From NCBI GenBank assembly GCA_050575255.1, contig JBNZDD010013730.1, positions 4,115,671 to 4,179,670 of the forward strand: DNA of 64,000 nucleotides, written 5' to 3'. The notes below the pieces were generated by a model. The model did not search any database, had not been told where the DNA came from, and worked only from the letters and a program-made list of their open reading frames with translations. The position numbers were made by a program, and so were the translations under genes. Shown piece after piece: positions 23,687 through 37,405 of the stretch; position 1 is the stretch's first letter, and each line of letters starts with the position of its first letter. Source of the stretch: Harriotta raleighana. Taxonomy: Eukaryota.

Positions 23687-26600
23687 TCAAAGATTCAAGT
23701 GGAGTACTCCTTCACTCTTCCCCAAGTTCCACTTGTTTATTTTTCGGTTTAACTGCAATTTGACTTTGGCTGAAAGCCACTAGTTTTACAAAACATGATC
23801 CCGAGAAACTGCCGTGCCAGTGACGTGTCATAGTTTAATGCCAGCAGATAAGATTTTACAAAGTTACATAAAAGCACTGTCTAAGAATAGAGCTCTGAGA
23901 TTTGATAGTTGTCCTATCTTACAAAAAACTAATCCGTCAAGATGCATCCTCTTTCCAAATGAGAAAGCATACTCAAATGGATTAGAGAATAAAGGGAAGA
24001 GGGTGGGGGGGGGGAAAACATAATGGCTAATGGAAAATCAAAAATCTTTTCTAATGTCGATAGTGTAAACAGATTGATATTTACTGTTGCCCACATTTCA
24101 AACCGTTGTGGGGACCCTATTTCAAATGTTGAGTTAACTGTCTGCATTTTGGTGCTAATAAAACATTAAACAGAAAGAATGACGTTAGGCCAGTACCTTG
24201 CACTTAGTGCTGAGTTACCAAAGCCGCCTCTAATTTGCCCATGATCTCATGTTCCTCTCAGTCTAAGAGCTTTTACAGGTCAAAAGAGGTTTGTCTGACT
24301 TTCTTTCTCTGTCAGGAATTTAAAAACATAATTACATTCCTTCTGTGGATACTGTAGCTTCTTGGCACAGTTTTTGACCTCTCAATAGTTTGCTTGACCT
24401 ACAGGGCCATAACGCCAGTAATATGTTGAAAGAGAATTATAGCTGAAGAGTATTCATGTAAAGATATACATACCAATGCCTGAAATCTCTTCATTTATTT
24501 AATGCTATCTGACACACTGATTGTTGGCATTCATAAAATTGCCCTCTTAACTTCTGACACATTTTGGCAGGTTGTCAGCATGGTTTCCAAAATATCTTTT
24601 TGCTTCCATATAATATTCTCAAATTACATATTTGAAAATGAGTTTATCTTGGGGCTATACTTTAAAGAAGCTTTGAGAATCTTTTTCTCGCACACTTTGC
24701 TCAATATGTAAGAACTTTTATGAAGGACATCGCTGTTTTAAAAGCCATTTCTCTTCTACATCCTTCTACATCTCTTCTACATGCAACCACGTAATATACC
24801 ATGCTGGATACCACAGAAAAATGGCTTGGTGCTAATGTTTGCTTGCTGGTCAAACATCCAATTTCATTCATTGTATTTCTTATGTATTTAGTCATGAAGT
24901 ATGTGGAGTTTAGTATCGAAAGTGCTACTTGGTAATCTTGCTTAGAAAAAGGCTGTGGTGTTGTTAAAGTTGAAACTTTGGAAGGATTGCAGTCAGATCT
25001 CATTACCGCGTATTGCAAATGACCTCAATATTTAATGTGAGTTATAAGAAGCACTTGATGTTCTATTCAATGGCTATTTGTTAGGAGCATGATGACAGAG
25101 ATGATTATCAATGGAGTTAAATGTTATCACATTCACAGGAAGTGGGAATACTTCCTTAGATTTAAAAATGGCCAAAATGCAATATACAGTATTTTAGAAA
25201 AATATTTTGTTTTAGAGTATATAAACTGCTTGGATCAGTGTTAACGAAGTCTGACTGCTTTAAAAAATGCTATCCTGATATCCGTGTGTTTATTCAATGG
25301 AGGAGAGTAAACATGAAAAGGCAGTTTTGACTTGCTCCCTTTCATGCTAATAATGGCTGCAAAGATAAAGCAAAAATGAAGTAAATCTCCCTGTGAGCAA
25401 TGCCCCTCTTCACGGGAATGTGTCATAATGAACGATTGCATTTTTAATAAAATTTAATTAAGAGAAGTCAAGAATAAATGAGTGAAAGTTCTGAATCTGC
25501 TTTGGATGAGGGCTTGATTGTGCAGTTCACATAGACATATCCTTTACGAGCAGTAGAGCAAACCGAAACAGAAATGACCAGGTAATGAAGATAGATGCAT
25601 TCACTTATCAGCAAGCCATTACTTGAGCTCCCTGTTACATTAAAAATCACAGATAGCTTGACGGCTCTTGCCACATAGAAACTAATTCATGAACAACAGC
25701 CTACAATGTGCAGTGTGCATTGCAAATGAATTTAGGACACTAATTAAATGATGTTGAGATCATCATGCAAACTCCAGCCTGAATCCCTGTTGTAGGAAGC
25801 AGAGTGGTTTTGCTTGTAGTTTTCACGCAAGGTTTACTGTACAGACCCAAGGTGCCCAGGTATAAGGTCAGATACAGGAGTGAAAGCAGTTTTAGTAGTA
25901 AGCAGTGAATATAGGCTAACTGCAGACCCAACATTCGGTCAGGATTGGAACTGAACCTAAGGTCCAAAACATGCTATGCTCTGAGCCTTCAAATATAGGG
26001 CCCCAAATCCTACCTTTACATATGTAAAGTTAATAATTTGAAGAGTAAAATGACGTAACCCATCTTAAAATTCTAGCAAAATTCTAATAGGCTGTTTTGT
26101 GTGGGCTAAAATGTGTCCACATTCTGACCATAAAAATGTAAAACTTCATTAACAAATAAAGTTCATACGCCATTTGTTTGGTTTGTAACTTCCTTCACTT
26201 TAGACTGCTGGAGCTTTGCTGATTTATAGTTGCCATAAACACATTGTAGGCTGCAGAGAAGGGACCAGCATGGCAGATTAGAGAATGGGTAGGAGCTAGG
26301 GTATAGAGTATTGCTTTAAAATTTTATTATTATTCTTACTAATATCAGCATTATTATTTTTTGCAAACTACACATCTTTGGAAACATTGATGATAAATAC
26401 TAAGAGCTTGTTTGAAAGCCTTGCATTGTTCATTGTAAGTGATTTAAGACCCTAAAATTACAACAGGAAATTATTGCAATGGAATCAAAATACAGAGAAC
26501 TATTTTTTTTTTGGAATCAGATTATTTAAAATCGTAGCCTGTTCTTCTGTAAATGACTGTGTATGTATAATAAAGGAAACAGACCATAGTGTGTCCCCTG

Positions 26601-27034
26601 GTAACCTTCTGCTTTAGAATTTAATCTTGAACTATGTGTAGCTAGTGATATGCATCTATAATGAAAACCTATAGTATCACAAGAGAGAGTTGGATGTAGG
26701 AGGCGATTTGGCCCATTTCATTTAATCCATCCAGATTACCAATGGCACCATTTTGACTTTACATGATTAAGGCATTGTTTTAAGGGTTATGGTCAGTCCT
26801 ACCCACCCAAGGAACCCTTGTAGCTGTTCATACCCTTGGTTTATAGAAATACTCAAATAATTATAATGAGTAATAATAAGACAAAGAAGACTTGCATTTG
26901 ACAAGCCCTATCATAACTAGTTGTTCCTCACCACTCATCTAACACAGTGAATCAGTCTTATTGTTCTTTTCTGTACTACATTTGGGAGTATGCATTCCTC
27001 TAGGTACTGCCTGACTAGACCACTATACACTAAT

Positions 27035-27356
27035 GGAGTCCTGTAGCTCAGTGGGTAGAGCGCTCGCCTTATAAGCGTGAGACCTGTGTTTCGAATCCAG
27101 GCAGGTCAGGGTGAAACCTTGGGCAAGTTTCCTTACTCCACACGCCTAATAATAATCCCTCCAAAAAAAGCCTATACTAAATTGGTCATTTCAATCCATA
27201 ACTGTTTGTGGGACACTGCTGTGTGCAATTGGCAGTCACATTTTGCCCACGAATTTACAGTTAATTCACTTTAAAGTATACTCTGTGAAGCGCTTTGAGC
27301 CGTCTAGAAGATATGGAAAGCGCTATATCAAAATGCAAGGATTATTATTATTATTA
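27035..27356 (+). mobile_element. Young tRNA-derived Deu-domain SINE, full length
   Basis: Box A/B head, Deu core gtttgtgggacactgctgtgtgcaattggc, L2-type tail and (ATT)n. Confidence 0.92.
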
Positions 27357-27891
27357 CATTTTGCGTGTGACATCTAGGAATATGAATTGAAAAGCTTTTG
27401 CAAATTTAACACGATTGTTTAGTAAAAACAACCATTTTGAATTCTGGTTACTTTACATAGTGTAACAGAGCAACAAATATAATTTCATTTTAAAATATGG
27501 GTTAATATACAACACTGTCTGCAGTAAAAGATTTAACATTTCGCTAGAGGGTTGAATGCTGTAGAATAGAAATATAAAAACTGTATATAATAAACACCCA
27601 AGCCTCACTGGTTTAATAATATATAATGATGTATACCAATGTGCATGAATAATAATATTTTATTTTCTCATAAGATACTATTTGGCTAGATTTACAACCA
27701 GCAGAGTTGTGTAAACTAATATGTACTTGCAGTCATAATTTTATTTGAACTTTGCAAAATGAATTGCAGTAATAATTAGAAGTCACCAGATGTGAGTTAT
27801 TGCTTTGTGTTTTGCTGTCTTGTTTCTTTGGCTATAGGCTATTTATGTTCATAGCATCAACACATTAAGATATTTGTTTTCTGTTTCACAG

Positions 27892-28097
27892 TACCACCTA
27901 CAGAATGGCTCAGCGTGGAAGCTTGCTGTCGTCCAATGGCAGAATTGGATGATTCTTACAGTCATCTTGGGCCTAATGGCTGTGGTTCCGTTCATTGTGT
28001 ACCTGATGATGACAGCCTTTGACAACCCACCACCCCATTCTTTGTTCAAGGCAGCATCTATTTGTTTTGGGCTGCTCGCAGAAACCATCCTCGTCAA
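27892..28097 (+). CDS. Internal coding exon of an unidentified membrane protein (YHLQNGSAWKLAVVQWQNWMILTVILGLMAVVPFIVYLMMTAFDNPPPHSLFKAASICFGLLAETILV)
   Basis: Acceptor ttgttttctgtttcacag|, donor aa|gtgagt, 206 nt open, phase 0 to 2. GC is higher than the flanks. Two hydrophobic stretches are separated by a proline-rich loop. Confidence 0.7.
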
Positions 28098-29289
28098 GTG
28101 AGTAGATGCAGGTGCAGATTTTGCAAATGAACTATTTCACTGCTATTTTACACCTGCACTTCAACACACCCCTGAAAGACTTCAGAAAACACTGTAGGTT
28201 GATAAATAATAGTCCGCTTCAAAAATTAATTTACTAGGAGTCACTGCAACTCTCACAGGGTATATTTAACATTATATGTCTACACATGCTTAATTTTATA
28301 TCTTCAGAAAGCAAGTATTCTGACTGCTGGTGAGGTTTTAAACATCTCAGAATGTATGCAACGAATGCTCACTATTGATGTGCCATTGTTTAAATGCACA
28401 AGTGGGTCATAAGATTATACATTGCTTATTATCCAAGGCCTCTCTTGAAAATCAGATGGAAATAGTATTAACTACTGAAGAGTTATTATATTTTTAATTA
28501 AGATGGGATAACTTCTATTATAGAAGTAGCACAATTACTGTCAAAAAGAGTGAGTTGTAATGAAATGGTCACATCTGGATCCATTTTTTATATGAAATTA
28601 ACAGTGAATGTAATCTTGGGACTAGAGTTTATGTTACTACCTAAGTAATTTGGTAAATTAGTACTTTTGATCCATCTGCTGCGTCTACCACTTCTTCAAC
28701 CACTGAATTCTTCAGAAGTTTTCAACTGTACTAAACAAAATCAAATCCAGCAATTCTAAATTCCCTGTACAGTATTGAAATCATTGTTGTTGTAGACTTT
28801 GGGCGCTCATAAGGAATGCCTCTCCTAAATAGGCAAAGTACATGTTCAGAATCGTACTTCTTTCATGTGGTAAGAGTGACATCTTAATGAGTCTGAAGAT
28901 TCCCAAGCTGACTTTAATTTTCTCACACAACCTCTGCAAGCAAAATATTGGAGCTGTTAAATGTTACTTTCTTGGAAAGAAACAGCAAGAGTTTCCTAAT
29001 TGCCTCGCCAGCATTTGTTCCTTCTGATCCCTCAACAAAGCTCTCGCTCAAAAGTTATTTTAATCCTTCTTTACATCACTTTTCAAAGCTAAAGAGAAAA
29101 CTTATCTTTTTTGGTACACATTTCTTGTGCAATTTTCATCTTTATGATCTTGACAAATAATCTTTGCTCCATTCTGTTCTCGTATCATTACACACACAGT
29201 CTCACCATTTTGATACATACCCTCACTTCATACCCTCAGTACTGTACTCGCAACCATTGCTTCGCTTGCAGAGCCGGTAGTTACCTTAA

Positions 29290-29530
29290 TCACCTTCACA
29301 TCCTCTAAAACACACAACATAATATTGTTCCTTTCAGCTCCTCAAAGATGCATTCAGTTTATTTGTCTTTTTGCATTTCAAATCAGAAGCTACTACCTCT
29401 TACCTTTGATGGCAGCCAACACATTGTCCAACACATTTTTTCTTAGGATCTCAAGATTATGGAACACTTTATCTCCCAGTTTTTCTCTCCTCCTACAATC
29501 TACAGTTTATTTTACAAACTACCTTAGAAT
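29290..29530 (+). mobile_element. Old CR1/L2-clade 3' fragment
   Basis: Translates ...NTFFLRISRLWNTL..., the conserved 'FF.R....WN.LP' end motif. Confidence 0.4.
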
Positions 29531-30748
29531 CACCAAACCCTTTACCTAATATTGCTATTTACAACTAATTCACACCATCGCCAATCGTGTGACTTTAAAG
29601 TTGTGAATTGGGGTGATAGCAAAGGCAGTATATCAGATGATAAAACATCCAACACAATGTCTTTCTTCTACATTACCTAATACCAACATGGATATTCAAT
29701 ACATTTACCATTAAAGAATAATTTAATTTGCTAACATTTTCACCTTGAATTTATGAATGGACCCTTTCTGTTGTCAAATTCAGCTCCCAAAGTGAAGACA
29801 ACTGGATTTGTTCTGAAATGACATTCTGCGATTTTCCTCGGAGAAACCTTCAAAATGAAACCGCTGTGTAATAAAATTACAATGGCATAAGTGAGTTACT
29901 TTCAACAGTGATTGCTACTACAATTTTGCGGAGTTTTTGATTACATTGCCCATTTAGAGCGAGCTGTGAACACTTCCATCTGACTGGCTGCACTGCGGGA
30001 GAGCTGAGTGGCAAAAGGAGAGCAGAGTCACATGTGAATACATTGCACTCAGTAACTAGGATCTAATTGAGAAACTAACAGCAACTTTCAAAGTCTTTTA
30101 GAAACCAGCTGTATTCCTTAATTGTGGGATGAGGTTAGCTCTGTTTTGTAATCTCCCATCCTTCCCTTGAAGCCTTGCACATTTGAAACCACCAAAAATG
30201 GTAATCCTCAATAATCAGATTTTATGAAAGAAACAATCTTGCGGTTAGTAATCATTAAACGTCCCCTTGATCTACCATTGACCCAAAGTGCCAAGAAAAG
30301 AACAGTAATGTGTTTGGGCATGAAATTTACAGTTTGTTTTCTTCCATATTCAAGAGCTCCATTGTCTTTGTAAAGTACTTTGAGACATTCATACGATATT
30401 AAAGGTGCTATATAAATTGTTGTTTCAACAGGTAGACAATGCAGTAGGTGGGCCCTACACTACGTTGATTATAGAGTGGACAATGGATAGCTAGAAGTGT
30501 GGTATAAGGCTACAAGGCAACTATGGGATATAGAATACATCACAAATCATGAAAGCAATATATTAGTGCTAATGCATGATTTTTCATAATGTGACCAAAG
30601 GGTTTTTGGTTTGGCAGAAAGTTAAAGGAGCTGTTGATAATTTGTGCCTTTTGTGAAGATAAAAGACATTTTTAATCCATAACCAAAAGAAAAAAAAATG
30701 CAAGGTATTTTGTTCAACTTGTTCGCGTGTTTTTTTTCTTTGCACCAG

Positions 30749-30805
30749 TGATTCTCACCCTTGGGCGCTGAAAATGTCTCTCAATTCCTTTCCTTCTGAT
30801 AAAAT
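30749..30805 (+). CDS. Candidate 57 nt phase 2-2 exon (DSHPWALKMSLNSFPSDK)
   Basis: Strong acceptor gtgtttttttttctttgcaccag| and donor at|gtaagg. Open in the phase left by the 27892 exon. Confidence 0.2.
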
Positions 30806-31267
30806 GTAAGGTAAACCTAATAATCTTCTCCTTCAGAATACCAGAGTATATGCCTCTAGCTACCTCCACAGAATAATTAAGTCTGTGTGTCTAGTGAGTA
30901 CTTGTTGGCAAGCTGTTTGACCATAGGGGCAACGTAACCACGTGGGATCCTATTCTCACCTAAATTTACACACACACTTTTCAACAGTATCACTAGATAG
31001 CAGTCAAGAGTAGGATTCTTGCTGGTTACTCTTCCCATCCTAGCTCAGGTGGTTGGGGCTAACTTTAGCTGCCCGATTGGTACCCTGGTTGTCACCACAG
31101 TAGTTAATTCAGTTTAGCAATGGAAAACAAACCTGGGTCCTTGCAGTTTTGCATGGCTGTTTCATACTGGGTTTCTAAATTAAAGTAAATTGACACAGGG
31201 CAGAGGCAGGAATATTCTAATCCTGCAATTTAGATTTGCTACTGGCAGACAATCATTACATACCAAG

Positions 31268-31653
31268 TAATCCCTCCACAGGCTGCAGATCATCCAGAAC
31301 TCTGCAGCCCATATCCTCTCCCACACCAGGTTCTGTGTCCTCTTCTGTACTAGGACCCTATCATCCCCATCCTCACCCAAATCCACTAGCTTCCCAACAC
31401 ACAGCAGATACAGTTCAAGATCCTGATCATCACCTTCAAAGATCTCCATGGCCTTGCTCCCCACTACCTCTGTGACCTCCTAATTTCTAACCAACCTATC
31501 TGCTCCTTTTGCTCTGCGAAGTCCAGCCCGCCCTCTATCGTTCCCAATTTTAACCCCAGCGGAAGTCGAAAATACTTTCAGTCCAGCGCCTTGGGACATC
31601 CTCCTAATATGAAAGGCGCTATACAAATGTAAGCTTGTTGTTGTTGTTGTTGT
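31268..31653 (+). mobile_element. L2 3' fragment with internal deletion
   Basis: LHRLQIIQNSAAHILSHT-like segment, 'ttcaagatcctgatcatcaccttc', tail stem-loop and (TTG)n. Confidence 0.8.
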
Positions 31654-33209
31654 AGTAATACACAGGTATCAGATAGCATGTAGTTTTAGTATTCCTAAAA
31701 TAATATCCCTTTCAGCTATAAAGTATAATGAATATTTTTGTTCTAAAACTGTTTATGTGCAAAGCCTTCAAAATATTATGGATATTTACTGAATTCTCCA
31801 ATAAGAGGTATAATTTAAACTATCCGTAGAATACATAGACCAATGCTGTAATTGCAGTTCTCGTATAAGAGACTACAATATTTGCTTTCAATATAATGTT
31901 TCCATTCATTGAAGCAGTAGTGGATTAAGGTACAGGTAAATGGTGCCTATGAAAATGGAATTTAGTTGGATAAAACAGTTATTTGTTGGATATAAAGCTG
32001 TATTGCACTCAGGGCAAACGTAAACAGTTTTATAGATCTAAGGCTCCTATTAGCTACATTAAATTTCTATTGAATTTTACTCTATGGGAAAGCATTAATG
32101 TCTAATAAGAAACTGCTTTTAGACCATATTATGGGCTCCCCTTAGACCTTCAAGTCTGGAACAAATTTTATTGTTGTTCCTCTCTCTCTCTCCCTCTCTC
32201 TTCCCCAACAAATCCAGCGCAAAGTTGACATGAAGCTGAACTACAGCCAATTTTCCAATATGGAATGCAAGTACAGTATCATGGTAAAACAATATTCATC
32301 GAGTTTGGTTTTTTGATTAATACTTAAATAACCTTGAATAAAAACATTCATTACAATTGTAATTTTTCCAGATCCTGCTTTTAAGCATAGATCTTGGTAT
32401 CTAGTCCTTGCACCACTAGCTAGACACATCCATGACAATATCCAAATGTGCTTTGTCTTATCTGTCGGAACAAAGTTCTATTCCCCCAAAACATTCATAT
32501 ATTATTGATATATCTTGTTGTATGAAGAGATTGTAAATTTTACTTACATTATATCAAGGGAAAGGACATGGGAGACATGTTCTTGCCATTCCATATATGC
32601 TTTGCAGCCTGTCTCGTTAGACCCTGCTTGAATTGCTTGTTGCCAGAGAGAGAAATTGAATAGGGATGATGAGCTCTCAAAAAAAAAAGGTTTCAAAGTT
32701 TACAACAGAGTGGGTGGATATTCTTCAAGACAAAGTGCTAAATGATGGAAAACTTACAGGAGTGTTCGCAGGAAGAGATTTTGTTTGCCGTAATGTTTCA
32801 GTAACAGCAGATGCCCTGAGGAAAGCTGTGTTGACAATTCCAAAACTATTCAGTTCCAGTTCTAATTTCTCACTAGTGAGGTATTTTTATACCACATAGT
32901 GGAGCTCAGATCGCTGCCAGGTGCAAATGTCAAACCGACCCAGCACTTGTTTTTTTCAATCAGCTTGAGTTTGGATTCATTACCAGTTGCCAGATTTCTC
33001 TGTTCATCAAGAAATCAAAACCTGAACTGATGAAAAAAAAATACTTGGAGTAGAGCCAAACTGTTAACTTTGGAGCTATAATGGTACAGAGCTGGCTTCG
33101 AGTTCAATGGGCTGAGTCAGTTCAATTTAAAACTGACCTCAAAATCAAGTCAATGCTGTTTTGCTAATCCCCATTGTGTATGAGATTAACAAAACATACG
33201 ACTAGGAAA

Positions 33210-33420
33210 GGGGTAGTGCAATGGATTAGAAAACTGTCCTTTCTCAATTGAGTTTGAATCCAGCCCAGAATGATGGGTATGCAAATTTATTCTCTCTGTT
33301 GACTAGAGGAGTCTTCGGTGAAATGATTTTGGGCAGTCTCAATTCAGCGGGTACTGAACATGAGTCTATATAGAATCTCCCCATGGATAAGGACTAATTG
33401 ACAGTGTCTTTCAGCAATAG
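33210..33420 (+). mobile_element. LF-SINE-like ancient SINE fragment
   Basis: 'gagtttgaatccagcccaga...gtgaaatgattttgggcagtctcaattcag...actaattgac' resembles the LF-SINE 5' half as recalled. Confidence 0.5.
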
Positions 33421-34941
33421 CACAAAGATAGCAAAATGAGTAAATGGAAATGTCACAAGGTAGAGGAAGCTTTACCTCTGTATCTAACCTACACTGTTGC
33501 TCATATGAGATTGCTTGGTGCTGACTTTGAGTGGAAGCAGTTTAAGTCTTCAATATTGACTTGATTACTTTATAAGCACACACATTTATACTCCCAACAA
33601 CAACAGAATCCACTTTAGACAAGGATAATTTGGTTAGCTCTTTAATAGAAAGATATCAAATAATCGCTCTGGGGAATTTACTCTTTTTCTACAAATGTGC
33701 ATTCTTATAATGGCAGAACATGACAAGCATTTGTGTAGCACATACATTGCATACTTCTGATGTGAGTTGGAAGCCAACGAGAAAGAATGACAGAGAGCAG
33801 AGTGCAGTTACGTGTAGCTATTCCTTTTTATAATCGTATACATTTATTCCATCTGTCCCTGCTGCATCCATATGGAAAAGGATGTGGCTTGAGTACCCCT
33901 TTGTTGAACTGGGTCATGCATCCAAATCTATTTATTTAAGGGAATATAAATCTGAGTGGCCATCTCTTTAGTACTCTGGAGGAGACACATACATTGAGTT
34001 CTTTGGAAGTCTGAAAGGTGCATAGATCCAAGATATTTTTCTCTGACTCTAGGGAGGCATTGCATCCAAACCATTCATTTGTCTTGAGGGTTATTGAATT
34101 GTCTTCCTATAAACACTTTGCACGCTGGCAAAAAAAATTGACTTTGGACCTCCTAAATTCAGATTGTCTAGCAATCCTATTCCTGCCAGTTTGAATAGAA
34201 ATATTTATTTCATTGTGTAACATGGAACTGGTTGGTTTCACCCCAATTGGAAACATTGAGGCCTAACTCTCTATGGACTCTATCTGTCATTATGCCAACT
34301 ATCAATGTGTCTGACAAAAAAAGTACCTTCTGTAAAGAAAAATGAATTAGAAAGGCAAATATATACAGTACTTTATAATGAAAGAAAATGATATTCCCTG
34401 ATGTTAAATTCAAATTATTGCAACCAAATGTAAAATTTCTCAGACTTTGTTTAGTGTGATTAACAAGCATTTTTCTTTATCTTCCAGTTGCCTAGTAATT
34501 CTAAATTACTGTAATTTATAAAAGTGCAATTTTGTATTATTTCAGCAATTCATACTTTCTCATGTCTTTCCTTCTCCCTTGAAATATATTATTTCATGTG
34601 TAAAATGCATAGCAAATCAAATCTTCATGATTAGGCTATGTTTTATTATACATATTGCCATAAATATTAGCAATCTTCCTATTATACAAAAGCCTGAAAT
34701 TTGCCTAAAAATTTAAATATTATAGCGTGTAATATGTGTCTTTTTCCCAAGCAGGATTCCTTAGTAAGGAAAGATAAGTGTGAGGTGCATCCACTTTCCT
34801 TTTTAAAGAACCCCCATTAGAAATTGCCACCAATTAGATTATTTCCCAACATTATTGTCATTATTTACAGACTTAAACTCAGACTTAAAATTTCATTAAC
34901 TTGCAAAAATTCACCAAATTAATTTGATTATTTCGCACATG

Positions 34942-35215
34942 ATAATAATAATCCTTGCATTGGATGTAACTCTTTCCATGTCTTCTAGATGTCTCAAAGC
35001 GCTTCACAGAATATACTGTAAAGTGAATTGACTGTATTTTTGTGGGTGAAATGCAGCAGCCAATTGTGCACAGCAGTGTCCCACAAACAGTCGTCGATTG
35101 AAATGACCAATTTTTTTTTCTTGAGGGATTATTATCAAGCGTATGCAGTAAGGAAACTTACCCAAGCTTTTGCCCTGCCTGGAATTGAATCCAGGTCTCG
35201 CTTGTGAGGCGAGTG
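34942..35215 (-). mobile_element. Young tRNA-derived Deu-domain SINE
   Basis: Reverse complement of the 27035 copy, lacking the first ~25 nt. Confidence 0.9.
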
Positions 35216-37262
35216 AAATATGATGAAATATTTCCTTGCACATTGTACAGTATTTAGGCATGCAGCAAAATAGTTTACAAAAACTCAGCTGGTAAACCTT
35301 TTCTAAGTTAACACATTTAAACTTTTTTGCCTGCATTGCAGCCAATTTTTAAAATCATTTGAAAGCAACGTATCTTTGCCCAATGGCATTGATGATGGTT
35401 TAACATCAGCCAGCCTCCTGCTGTCCACTGTCACAGTGTGTCACAGTCACTAACGTGCCTGAGGTGGAGCTGGTGTTTATAGGGCTCCTCTTACTTCTTT
35501 ACTCTGAAACTACATGACATGGTAACCTTTAAAGAAATGCTCTAAGACAACATTTAGAGAACACACAAATCCTGCCTGACCTTTGCTTTTCGTAGAAGGG
35601 AGCTCTGTTCTTTTTTCCCCCAAACTAACTGCTACAAAATTGATTTTCTGTTGTGTTTTCCAGTTAGTTCATCGTGAGCCTCAGTTTCCTTTGTGTGTAC
35701 CTCCTCTTTCTGTCTGCATCAACTCAGGATAGTTGAGTTCAAGATTAATTGACCTTCTCTACCCTTTGATGGGATTTTAAAGCCACAGGAAGGGAAAGAA
35801 TATCCACGAGTCATAAAATCTTAAGCTTGGAGTGAGAATTGTCCCTTTGCCCATCAAACCCGTCACCTCCACACCCAAAGCAAAACATAGATTTCATGAT
35901 CTTTCATAAACTCCACTGACAAATTCTATTCCTAGTTGGAGGAGGCAAGAGTAGTACATCGATGGACCCCCGAAAACCATCACTGAATATTCATTCTCAA
36001 TTACACTTCAACCTGGTCCCCTGCCAATTGGAGTCCTTTATCTTTCTTCCTCAAGCCTCCAGCAGCATAGAAGCCAGTGCTGTTGTAAGTCTTCTCTACT
36101 TCCTGCACACTTTGCTCTGGGCTCCTGCTCTGTGTTATAAGTCATTCTCAATTATTTAGGATATTTCCTGTAAGATCTTACCTCCCCCATTTTGAATTTT
36201 ACTATTGGAACATATCCAGAGATTTTAATCCAAGAACCAATGTTTAAAAAAAAGTACAGGTTCAGCTAATTTATCAACCACAACTTCTTATATTGTGGCA
36301 GTTGAGCATGATCAGATAATAAGAGCACAACAATAATACTTGTATTTGATAACTCCTATAACATCAAAACATCTCAAAGAACTTCTCAAGTAATTGCTGT
36401 CAAGTGATGTATGACCATAACAAAGCAATCCATTCATACTCACAATGTTGTGTGGTGTCTTGTACACAAAGAATGCACAAGTCTTTATTTGGTGCAATGT
36501 TTGACTGGCGATGATCACTGATTTTCCTGCTACACTAATGCTGTCAAGCTAATAGAAGCTGAAAGGTTAAGCACGGGCTTCCAAATTGATATTAGAATTC
36601 TTTAAAGTCTATCACCTATCAGAATTTGCAACTGCAGCCAATTGTAGCACCCGCCACCCACTCTCTCTCTCTCTCTGCCAATGTCAAAGTTGTTTGTCCT
36701 ATCAAATACAACCAAGAATGAGATCAGCTAATGGCATAGATCAGGATTTGAACTTGGCTGTCTTCTAGTTTGCATAGAGTGGTGCTGCATTTGGCAGTGC
36801 TTTTACCTACTGGTCATCAGGGAAGCACAGTTTTATTTTTATCCTAAAACCTGGCATATACCTATTCCTTCATCCAACAGGTCAAGGATTAAGTGTATGG
36901 AAAAAACATTGACTAGACTTTTACACATGTGGGAGAAAATGACCTGATTCTATGAAGCACATAGTATGAGGCATTTCCTTCTCAATGTACAAAGCGAAGG
37001 TGAGTGAATTCACATAAACCCAGGGTAAAGTGGATTAAAATGAATGTTGACTCATCACTACCAACCACCAGCTTCCACTTCTTCAACAGAGAAGGCACAC
37101 CTTCATGGGCCAGTCTTTGTTACTGGTTGTGACAATCCAGCTCAGTTTCCCCCTGAAGTGGTAATGGACTGATACAAATACGGTAAAAGATTACAGTGCA
37201 GTAGAAAAGTCCAGGAATAGGAAGTTATCTACTTCCCCTCTTCCCCCTAGTCCAGACTCCTT

Positions 37263-37405
37263 CAGAACAAGATGAGTAGGCCATTCAGCCCCTTGAATCT
37301 GTTTCTCCATTTTATACGATCATGGCTGATGTATACCCCAAGACCAATTATCCGTCCACCCTTGCCCCATATCCCTTATTACCCTTACCTAACAAATGTC
37401 TTCAC
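37263..37405 (-). mobile_element. CR1 LINE 3' end (shark type)
   Basis: 'gagtaggccattcagcccctt...gatcatggctgat...ccccatatccctt' matches the recalled reverse of a chondrichthyan CR1 tail. Confidence 0.6.

Noticed and set aside
27035-27110. tRNA-like sequences (also 17546, 56322, 60356)
   Set aside because: These are SINE heads continuing into SINE bodies, with no intact cloverleaf or terminator.
24505-34317. Identical peptide LSDTLIVGI at 24505-24531 (+) and 34291-34317 (-) with only synonymous differences
   Set aside because: Only 21/27 nt are identical, the flanks are unrelated and there are no splice signals. Most plausibly chance across six frames.
36881-36999. Exon-like segment with cag| acceptor and strong aag|gtgagt donor
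   Set aside because: Stops occur in all three frames; at best a non-coding or poison exon.
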